Assembly: GCA_903835555.1 (NCBI GenBank)
Contig: CAILNN010000007.1
Span: 16,342-80,341 of the forward strand
Direction: 5' to 3'
DNA: 64,000 bases
Source: an uncultured Verrucomicrobiota bacterium
Lineage (GTDB): Bacteria > Verrucomicrobiota > Verrucomicrobiia > Limisphaerales > UBA9464
Shown here: positions 28,334-36,332 of the stretch, piece by piece
How the letters are laid out: every line of letters begins with the position of its first letter
Numbering within the stretch: position 1 is the first letter of the stretch
Program-made: the position numbers and the translations under genes
Notes under the pieces: generated by a model
Seen by the model: the letters and a program-made list of their open reading frames with translations, nothing else
What the model was told of the DNA's origin: nothing
Database searches by the model: none

Positions 28334-30687
28334 ATCCTGACGCCTCTGATCCGCGGTACTGGAAGCGGCTATACTCTTATACAGCCGGACTGGGGACCGT
28401 GCTGAGTTTCGTGTTGGCCTTGGCGCTAATGCTTGCGGCTCCGCAAGTTCTTGCACTCACGGGAGTGGGTGGTTTGCCAATCACCTGGACCCAGCTCTGC
28501 GGCGAGCTGTTGACTTTGATCAGCATCTTCTACCTGCCTCCGCTTTTGAACATTGACCGATACCGCCCCCACGGTTGGATCGCTGCGGTCATCGCACGCG
28601 GGACCACCGGTTTACTCTGTTGCATAGCTGTCCTGATTGGAGGGGCTCCGCGCTTGTTTCTCGCCTGGGGTTTGGTTGAATTTGTATTCGGTTTCGCCCA
28701 GATTTATCTGCTCCGTCGGCTAGAAGGGGCAGAAAATGGCCGGGGAAATCGTCCAGGAAGCGAGTGGAACGGCGGAGCGCGACCAAGCTGGAACCCCGAA
28801 GTCCCCCGTGCGGTAGATGCTATTCGGGTCAGGTGCTGGAAAAGAGCGTATCATTGGGTTGCCTGGATTGGCATCGGAGCAAACATGATTTTTGTCCTCC
28901 CTCTGGTGTTTTTTCCCCAGTGGATGCTCCGCATGCTCGGCGTGCCATCCGAGCCCGTGATTTGGGCTCAGTTGGCGGGACTTTTCCTCGGTTTGGTCAG
29001 TGTATTCTATATTCCGGCCATTGGTGATGTTGACAAATACCGGCTATTCGCTTGGTTGGCTATTTTCCCCTCCCGCACGGCGGGATTCACTTTTTGCACG
29101 ATTGCCGTGGTGAGTCTTGGTGCCAATGAGGCTTTCCTCCTTGGGGTGCTGTTGGATCTGCCGTTCGCCTTTCTTCAGACGATTATCCTTTCCCGCTTGA
29201 ATGTCGCGGAGCGGGCATTTGGTACGGCACCGAAACGACCTGCCTGGCGACCTTGGTTGAGACCTATCGCGGCTCTTGCGGTTGCCGTTGCCATTCTAGG
29301 AACAATCGGATGGCACAAACTGATTCGGGAATATCCACAAGCCCTGGCGAATGATTCGGTGGAGGAATACTTTAAGCACGGTTCTATCGGTGCCGAGGAC
29401 GCGCAAGGTCTGCCCTACTGGCTTTGGGTCTCGCTTCCAGCCGCCTTTCCGGAATACCTGCCAAAACCTGGGGGTTATGCCGCTCTCGGCTTTATCTGGG
29501 AACCGGGATCTGAAATGCCCGTTGGATTTACGCGCAAGCGAATCGGCTTCGATCGGGTGGGGATTAATTGTGCCCTATGTCACGCCGGTTCGGTACAGAT
29601 TCCAGGGGAAGCCCTCCCCCGCTGTTACCTGGGTGCGCCGGCCAATACGGCCAATATACTCGGATACCAACGGTTCCTGTTCGCCTGTGCCAAGGACCCT
29701 CGATTTAATGGAGCAACGTTGATGCCGATCATCGCACGTCAGGTCCGCTTGTCGTTGGCGGACCAGGCGCTCTATCGCGGGCTGCTAATTCCTGCCACAC
29801 GAAAAGCGCTCCTTCAGCAGGCCGCGGATTGGGATTGGACCAACGATCCCAAGAGACCCGAGTGGGGACCGGGTCGAATCGAACCCTTTAATCCGGTAAA
29901 AGTAGCCATTCTCCACGGTGTCGATCCCAAGGTTACCGTCGGAGAAACCCTTGGCACCTCGGACATGGAGCCCCTTTGGAGCCTGGGCACACATCCTGGA
30001 CGAGCCTTTCATTGGGATGGATTAAATACCGATCTCCGCGAAGTGGTGGATAGCTCTGCTCTGGGTGATGGAGCCACGCCGACATCCATTCCCCGCCCCC
30101 GTCTGCGGGAACTGGAGGTTTGGATTCGCAATAACCCGGCTCCCAAGTTTCCCTTTCCCGAGCCGGTGGACACCAACCTGGTCGCGCGGGGAGCGGGAAT
30201 CTATCGCGCCCAGTGTGCACGCTGTCATGCCGCCGATGGCGATCTTCTCGGACGGGTCACACCCGCTACAGAAATCGGCACCGATGATAACCGCGCCAAA
30301 ATGTGGACGCCCGAGGCAGCAACAGCCTACAACGGCTATCTGGATGGAAAATCATGGGTATTTTCTCACTTTAGGTCCACCGGAGGCTACGTCAATGTGC
30401 CCCTGGATGGACTGTGGCTCCGGGCACCCTACCTTCATAACGGATCAGTGCCGACGCTCAGCGATATCCTGAAACCGGTAGCCGAAAGACCCACCATATT
30501 CTGGCGCGGGCTGAACGACTACGATCCCAAGGCGGTGGGTTATGTCACCGATGGCCCCGCCGCACAATCCAAAGGGTTCCGATATGACACATCCCTTCGA
30601 GGCAACGGCAACCAGGGTCACACGTACGGGACCACCCTACCGCAGTCAGACAAGGCAGCGTTGCTGGAATACCTCAAGCAATTATGA
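28330..30687 (+). CDS. duplicated 4-TM module fused to a RoxA/MauG-like di-heme domain (paralog 2)
   Basis: Two similar N-terminal hydrophobic repeats. CALCH and CARCH; LDGLWLRAPYLHNGSVPTL; GNGNQGH. ATGA overlap with the upstream gene. Confidence 0.8.
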   Translation: MNPDASDPRYWKRLYSYTAGLGTVLSFVLALALMLAAPQVLALTGVGGLPITWTQLCGELLTLISIFYLPPLLNIDRYRPHGWIAAVIARGTTGLLCCIAVLIGGAPRLFLAWGLVEFVFGFAQIYLLRRLEGAENGRGNRPGSEWNGGARPSWNPEVPRAVDAIRVRCWKRAYHWVAWIGIGANMIFVLPLVFFPQWMLRMLGVPSEPVIWAQLAGLFLGLVSVFYIPAIGDVDKYRLFAWLAIFPSRTAGFTFCTIAVVSLGANEAFLLGVLLDLPFAFLQTIILSRLNVAERAFGTAPKRPAWRPWLRPIAALAVAVAILGTIGWHKLIREYPQALANDSVEEYFKHGSIGAEDAQGLPYWLWVSLPAAFPEYLPKPGGYAALGFIWEPGSEMPVGFTRKRIGFDRVGINCALCHAGSVQIPGEALPRCYLGAPANTANILGYQRFLFACAKDPRFNGATLMPIIARQVRLSLADQALYRGLLIPATRKALLQQAADWDWTNDPKRPEWGPGRIEPFNPVKVAILHGVDPKVTVGETLGTSDMEPLWSLGTHPGRAFHWDGLNTDLREVVDSSALGDGATPTSIPRPRLRELEVWIRNNPAPKFPFPEPVDTNLVARGAGIYRAQCARCHAADGDLLGRVTPATEIGTDDNRAKMWTPEAATAYNGYLDGKSWVFSHFRSTGGYVNVPLDGLWLRAPYLHNGSVPTLSDILKPVAERPTIFWRGLNDYDPKAVGYVTDGPAAQSKGFRYDTSLRGNGNQGHTYGTTLPQSDKAALLEYLKQL

Positions 30688-30724
30688 TCTACCGGAGTCG
30701 TCCGTTATTCCCAGTTTTCCGCCC

Positions 30725-33700
30725 ATGAACTTAAACAAGCGAGAATTGAATTACGCACCCACGCCCGGGAGATGTCTGGTTGCTCTGGGACTCCTCCTTC
30801 TCCTCTTACCCGGGCTGCCGATCGTTGGGCAAACGACAAACGATTCTAGCTATAAATTCAACGTTCCCGATCGATTTGCCAACCAACCAATCGATGCTGC
30901 CCACCCGGTCGATGCTGGCTCGACCAATCATACCATCAATGATTTTCCGCCTGAGCCGAAAGATGTCTTCCATTTGATGGACCAAGTCGCGGATTCCAAT
31001 GAGGATCTTCACCCGATTGACTTTGGAGTGGCCAACGGGGTAATAGACCCGAGCAGCAAGGGCCAGAAGGCGATTTATGGACGCAACACCTGGCTTTTGT
31101 GGTGCGGCGGGAATGAGGACTTCTGGGATTGGTTATCCCAAGATGCGTATGGAGTTCTCGACTTCCTCAAGATGATCGATAGCCGCAAGCGGGAATCCCG
31201 ATTTCGAGATTTGGGTCTAATCAACCAACCAGGGATGAAGGCATCCACGAAGCCGGGGCCCTATGGGCTATATTTGGATACGGTCGAACGGCGCATCGGA
31301 GAGGAAGGGGGATATTCACCCTATTCGACCAAATTAGTGCCAGGCAGGACCGGACCGGAAGGTCTTGAGAGTGATGGGGTAAATCCCGCCGTTTATGGCT
31401 ATCCTAGCGGGATCATCGGGCTTCGGTTGTTTCCCAATCCCAAGTTTGATGAAGCCGCCCGCCGCCGCTGGAATCCCGAGGCTTTTTACAATGACCCGGT
31501 TTATTCCAAGGACCCGCGGACCGTTCGTCCGTTTCTAGTGGGAATGAGCTGTGCCCTCTGTCACGTGGCCATTCATCCGCTGAATCCACCGGTAAATCCC
31601 GAAGAACCATTATGGGCGAATCTTTCGTCAATCATCGGCAATCAATACTTTCGGACGAGTTCCGCATTCGGTTCGCCGGTCGAGCGAGGCAACTTTCTTT
31701 GGTATTATTTGGCAGCACAGCAACCAGGGACCATCGACACATCGATGGTGACCACTGATCACATCAACAATGCGAACGCCATGAATCCGGTGTTCGAATT
31801 GCCCGCCCGCATAGACCGGGCACTCCTTAATCCGGCGGAGGACCAAGGAGCACCCGCACGAACCTTTCCTGGCTCTGGCGATGGCGTCCGAAAGGTGCCG
31901 CGCGTATTGATGGAGGGAGCCGATTCGGTGGGCGTATTCGGGGCTCTGGCACGTGTGTTCCTAAATATCGGATTATTCCATGACGAATGGAACCTCTGTA
32001 GTAATCCAGTTATTGGTTTTGTGGGACAGAGGCCCTTCTCCATTGACGTCTGCCGTCGGAATTCCGTCTATTGGCGGGTCAACGAAAACTTCCGAGTCGG
32101 TTATCTTGCTGAATTCTTTCTTTGGGATAACCGAACCAACGTTGCCCCCGGTAAGTCAAAAGGAAAACGAATCCAGGCATCGACGGCGGGAATGCACTTG
32201 GACCAAGCCCGAGCTCCCCAATGCAGCATCGAATTGAAGCTCCTCGGGGTCGGCGAAAAGCCAACCCCAAAACCAGGTCGCCTTCTTTATGCGTTGGGAA
32301 AAGATGTCAATGGCCATCTGAAGGTGACCATATACGACGCAAATGGCCAGTTCGCTGTCGAAAAGGACGAAACCGGTGTCACCGGCAAGGATAGCCAGTG
32401 GGAAGCACTGCGAACGGCCACAGCGCATTATTCAACTGCCGACGCCATATCTGATGACCATAAAGCCGAGATTTTGGAGACGGTGTCCTCCTTGGTTGAG
32501 TATTCCCCTAAATTCATTAGTTTGCCGGAAAACAAGCACCATTGGGACCCGGACCGCGCTCTCGATGGCAGTCGGGTGTTTGTTCGAAATTGCATGATTT
32601 GCCATTCCAGCAAACAACCGGTGGGTTTCAACCTGACCTTTTCACAAAAACCTCCTGGAGGGGCCCAGACGTGGGATAAGGCACCGGAAAATCCGGATTC
32701 CCTGTGCCTGCCCTACAACTGGCAGGATTGGGAAATCTTCAAGAAAAGTCCATCTTATAAGGCGTATGTTGATGCAGCAATGACCTTGAGCGGGGCCGGC
32801 AATGCCGCCAAAGTCAAAGAGTTTATCGCGGAGAATTTCCTGTCCACCGATCTTCGTATTCCCGTCACTTTGGTGGGTACCTGCGCTGCCCGAGCATTGG
32901 CGACCAACGGAAAAGAAGGACAGGTTTGGGCGGAATATTCGTCGACGACCTACAAGCAACTGCCATCGGTTGGATTGATTCCCTACTACGATCCGTTTTC
33001 TCACACCACGAATTTCTACAAGGCACCTGGGAATGGTCCTGGTTTTTATCGTCCGGCTTCATTGGTTGGGGTCTGGGCGACAGCCCCATTACTGCATAAC
33101 AATTCATTGGGTTTCTACCTACCGGATTGGGACGAAGCCCGTCGCGTTTCGGTCGAAGGCCGTCTGGCGATGTTTGACGATGCGATCAATAAGTTGCTTT
33201 GGAAGTCCAAGCGTGAACTCAGCCCAAGCGGTGAGGCAGGTCTCCGCGACCCGTCCCCATCGGTCTGGCACGGAAAGGATCCGGGATGGATTTTTCGAAC
33301 TGATATGGAGACCGAGTTGCGCATCCCTCGCGGCCATATCCGCCATTTGATTGTAGGTACACTGCCGGGACTTGTGTATCGACCGCTGGTGCCGCTGGTT
33401 CTAGGAGCCCTCGATTATCCATGGGCACCTCCCTTGCTGTTGGGTGTTTTCAGTCTTGGGATTAGAATATGGAATCGACGATTCTACTTCTATCTGTTGG
33501 TTACTGAGGGGGCAGTGTTGCTTGCCGTCCTCTGGCTGACCGGCCTGGGATATCTGCTACCTTGGGTCATCTGGATTCCGCCACTGACTTTAATTGTCGG
33601 CGGATGGCTTTGGGTTGATTCCGCCCCGTCCACAAGCGCAAATGCTTCATCGCAAACAAAGCCCGTACCAAGCTGGGAGATTTGGGCGAAGACCTTCGTG

Positions 33701-34117
33701 CGTTGGTCAGCCATTGTAAGCAAAGGACTGATTTTGGTCGGTTTGTTCGCGGCTCTCTGGGTTGGGCGGACTTTTGTGAACGGTCAAATCTGTGATTTGG
33801 TGGTCGGTCCTTTTCCCAAGGGGGTTCCGGTCAATGCGTTGATGAATCTTGACCCGGACTCGCCATTTCTAGACCGACTGGGTGCTCTCCGGGGAATCAT
33901 GTCAACCATCGGAAAGCTGCGTGCAGACGATCTCCGTCCCAAGGAAAAGCGGTTCACCGACGAACAGCGTCTCGCCATCTTCGAAGCAGAGGCAGGTCCG
34001 GCGCTGATGAAGGTGAGCAAATGTCCAGACTTCATCATGGACCGTGGCCACTATTTTGGCGAGGCATTGTCGGATGCGGATAAAGTCGATTTGATTGCCT
34101 TCCTGAAAACCCTCTGA
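30725..34117 (+). CDS. large secreted di-heme cytochrome c with a C-terminal TM bundle (divergent RoxA/MauG-like)
   Basis: Signal peptide. CALCH and CMICH; SLVGVWATAPLLHNNSLG; hydrophobic block at about 33360-33790; ends RGHYFG...LIAFLKTL. Start moved to ATG 30725. Confidence 0.75.
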   Translation: MNLNKRELNYAPTPGRCLVALGLLLLLLPGLPIVGQTTNDSSYKFNVPDRFANQPIDAAHPVDAGSTNHTINDFPPEPKDVFHLMDQVADSNEDLHPIDFGVANGVIDPSSKGQKAIYGRNTWLLWCGGNEDFWDWLSQDAYGVLDFLKMIDSRKRESRFRDLGLINQPGMKASTKPGPYGLYLDTVERRIGEEGGYSPYSTKLVPGRTGPEGLESDGVNPAVYGYPSGIIGLRLFPNPKFDEAARRRWNPEAFYNDPVYSKDPRTVRPFLVGMSCALCHVAIHPLNPPVNPEEPLWANLSSIIGNQYFRTSSAFGSPVERGNFLWYYLAAQQPGTIDTSMVTTDHINNANAMNPVFELPARIDRALLNPAEDQGAPARTFPGSGDGVRKVPRVLMEGADSVGVFGALARVFLNIGLFHDEWNLCSNPVIGFVGQRPFSIDVCRRNSVYWRVNENFRVGYLAEFFLWDNRTNVAPGKSKGKRIQASTAGMHLDQARAPQCSIELKLLGVGEKPTPKPGRLLYALGKDVNGHLKVTIYDANGQFAVEKDETGVTGKDSQWEALRTATAHYSTADAISDDHKAEILETVSSLVEYSPKFISLPENKHHWDPDRALDGSRVFVRNCMICHSSKQPVGFNLTFSQKPPGGAQTWDKAPENPDSLCLPYNWQDWEIFKKSPSYKAYVDAAMTLSGAGNAAKVKEFIAENFLSTDLRIPVTLVGTCAARALATNGKEGQVWAEYSSTTYKQLPSVGLIPYYDPFSHTTNFYKAPGNGPGFYRPASLVGVWATAPLLHNNSLGFYLPDWDEARRVSVEGRLAMFDDAINKLLWKSKRELSPSGEAGLRDPSPSVWHGKDPGWIFRTDMETELRIPRGHIRHLIVGTLPGLVYRPLVPLVLGALDYPWAPPLLLGVFSLGIRIWNRRFYFYLLVTEGAVLLAVLWLTGLGYLLPWVIWIPPLTLIVGGWLWVDSAPSTSANASSQTKPVPSWEIWAKTFVRWSAIVSKGLILVGLFAALWVGRTFVNGQICDLVVGPFPKGVPVNALMNLDPDSPFLDRLGALRGIMSTIGKLRADDLRPKEKRFTDEQRLAIFEAEAGPALMKVSKCPDFIMDRGHYFGEALSDADKVDLIAFLKTL

Positions 34118-34121
34118 ATTC

Positions 34122-36332
34122 ATGGCTCCCCTTGGAACAAGCCACGGTGCCGAACCCAGTGGTTTCGATGGCATACCACTGGGGAGCCTGGAGGCCGATT
34201 CAACCGACATCGACTATATCATCGTCGGTTCGGGCCCAGGTGGCTCGCCATTGGCCTGCAGGTTGGCACAGGCGGGAATGCGGGTGCTCGTTCTCGAAGC
34301 CGGCCTCGATTCTGGCCCCAAACTGCTTTCTCCGCACCTGTCGCCTAATGTTGCCGAACAAGTTCAGCATCAATCTGAGAACGAGGCTCTGCTCTATAGC
34401 TGTCCGGGATTGCATGCCGCTTCGACCGAGGCTCACTTATACCCCGACGCCCAGGCCAAACCGTCCTGTTGGGGGTTCTCGGTTCGCCATTACTCCCAAC
34501 CTGAATCCATCCCTGCTCCATCAACGACCTATTATTATCCCCGGGCCTCGGCAGTCGGCGGATGTTCCACTCACCATGCGCTGATTTCGATTTATGGTTT
34601 GGATGCCGATTGGGACGAGATTGCGTCAATGACCGGCGATGGTTCCTGGTCATCGTCCAAAATGCGGTCCATTTATCGCCGAATTGAGCGACTAAGTTAC
34701 GGCAATTCGATAACCCGAATTGGTCGCTGGTGGAACCGATTTTTGGACTGGGTTAATCCCGGTCGGAATGCGCCGGGCGAGCGTGGTGAAGATGGCTGGC
34801 TGGACGTCACCATTAGCAAGCCCGATCTGGCCCTCAAGGACCCTCAATTATCCCGCCTCATCACGACTGCATTCCTCAACGAAACCGACCTATCCACACC
34901 TGAAAAAACGTGGCGTTGGTTGAAGCAATTGTTACTCGGTCAATTTTATCGCGATATTGACCTGAACGATGCCGTACGGATGCGGAATAATCCCGAGGGG
35001 ATTGCCCTGATTCCGATTGCAGTGGCTCCCGGTGGTACGCGACGCGGACCCAGGGAGTTCCTGCTGGAGACCCGCCAACAACTGAAAGAAGCCGTCGAGC
35101 ATGAAGTCAAATCCACCATTCCCACCGGGAGCATTCAGATTGCAACCGGCATATTTGTCCTCCGCGTCATAATGAAAGAGTCAGAAGAAGGCGGCCCTCC
35201 GCGGGCAATCGGGGTGGAATTCTTGCGGGGACATCAGCTTTATTCTGCGAGTTTGCCGTCGGTCCAGGCAACCGACCGGCGTCCTGAACGGTGCTTTTGC
35301 CGCCGGGAGGTAATCCTATCCGCCGGAGCGTTCAATACACCGCAGATTCTCATGCTCAGTGGGATTGGCGATCCAAAGCATTTGGAAGAAATGTTAAACC
35401 AAACGACACCTTTGACGCACGCGCGGCCTCCTATACGGGTGGCTCTCCCCGGTGTTGGGGCAAACCTGATGGATAGGTACGAGATCAGTGTGGTCAGCGT
35501 GTTGAAGGAAGGGTTTTCACTCTTGAATGGCGCAAAATTCCAACCGAATGTTAAGGACAAAGAGGACATTGGCCTTCAGAATTGGCTGGATGTAGAAAAA
35601 ACGGGGAATCGAGACGGAGTTTACACCAGCAACGGGGCCGTGATGGCCATTCTCAAACGGTCGAACCCAAAGCTCAGGAAGCCCGACCTCTTTTTTCTCG
35701 GATTTCCCGCCGCTTTTCGGGGGTATTATCCAGGATGGTCGAAAGACCTTCTCCGACTTGATCCTAAGGAACCCGCAGCCCCGCTAAATCGAAATCTCTG
35801 GAGTTGGACGATTTTAAAGGCGTATTCCAGCAATCGCGGGCACGTTCGCCTGCGCTCTCCAGACCCCCTCCAGGCACCGGATATTCACTTTTGCTACTTC
35901 GACGACAAGCCGGAACAATATGTTGGCCCGCATGCAAATCGAAATGCGGACTTGGACGCCTTGGTTGAGGCTGTTGCCCTCGCGCGACGGCTCAATCATG
36001 GAGCCAAAGCGTTGGTTCACTCCGAACTCCACCCCGGCGCGGAAAAAAAAGACAAATCGGACGACTTGCGTCGCTGGATTGTCGGCCAAACCTGGGGACA
36101 CCATGCCTGCGGTACCTGTCGAATTGGCGCGGACGCATGGCGGTCGAACCCAGCAGAACTCAACGATCGTGGGGCGGTCTTGGACAGCCATTTTCGCGTG
36201 CACGGTGTCGAGGGGCTACGAGTGGTCGACGCATCTGTTTTTCCAAATATACCAGGATATTTTATTGCCACGTCCGTTTATATGGTCAGCGAAAAGGCGG
36301 CGGAGACCATCCTCAATGAACTATCCCTTTGA
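34122..36332 (+). CDS. GMC family flavin oxidoreductase
   Basis: IVGSGPGGS, VLEAG, YPRASAVGGCSTHH, EVILSAGAFNTPQILMLSGIG, PGVGANLMD, WGHHACGTC, LRVVDASVFP. Confidence 0.92.
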   Translation: MAPLGTSHGAEPSGFDGIPLGSLEADSTDIDYIIVGSGPGGSPLACRLAQAGMRVLVLEAGLDSGPKLLSPHLSPNVAEQVQHQSENEALLYSCPGLHAASTEAHLYPDAQAKPSCWGFSVRHYSQPESIPAPSTTYYYPRASAVGGCSTHHALISIYGLDADWDEIASMTGDGSWSSSKMRSIYRRIERLSYGNSITRIGRWWNRFLDWVNPGRNAPGERGEDGWLDVTISKPDLALKDPQLSRLITTAFLNETDLSTPEKTWRWLKQLLLGQFYRDIDLNDAVRMRNNPEGIALIPIAVAPGGTRRGPREFLLETRQQLKEAVEHEVKSTIPTGSIQIATGIFVLRVIMKESEEGGPPRAIGVEFLRGHQLYSASLPSVQATDRRPERCFCRREVILSAGAFNTPQILMLSGIGDPKHLEEMLNQTTPLTHARPPIRVALPGVGANLMDRYEISVVSVLKEGFSLLNGAKFQPNVKDKEDIGLQNWLDVEKTGNRDGVYTSNGAVMAILKRSNPKLRKPDLFFLGFPAAFRGYYPGWSKDLLRLDPKEPAAPLNRNLWSWTILKAYSSNRGHVRLRSPDPLQAPDIHFCYFDDKPEQYVGPHANRNADLDALVEAVALARRLNHGAKALVHSELHPGAEKKDKSDDLRRWIVGQTWGHHACGTCRIGADAWRSNPAELNDRGAVLDSHFRVHGVEGLRVVDASVFPNIPGYFIATSVYMVSEKAAETILNELSL

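Noticed and set aside
26708..34117. Naming the di-heme genes roxA or mauG
   Set aside because: Only the motif layout is shared. Membrane anchors and gene context differ and there are no mau genes, so orthology is unsupported.
35920..36315. Apparent 400 bp overlap of the patatin ORF with the GMC gene
   Set aside because: The upstream part is not protein-like; ATG 36316 is a better start. The same applies to the extensions at 30542, 7318, 61232 and 56009.
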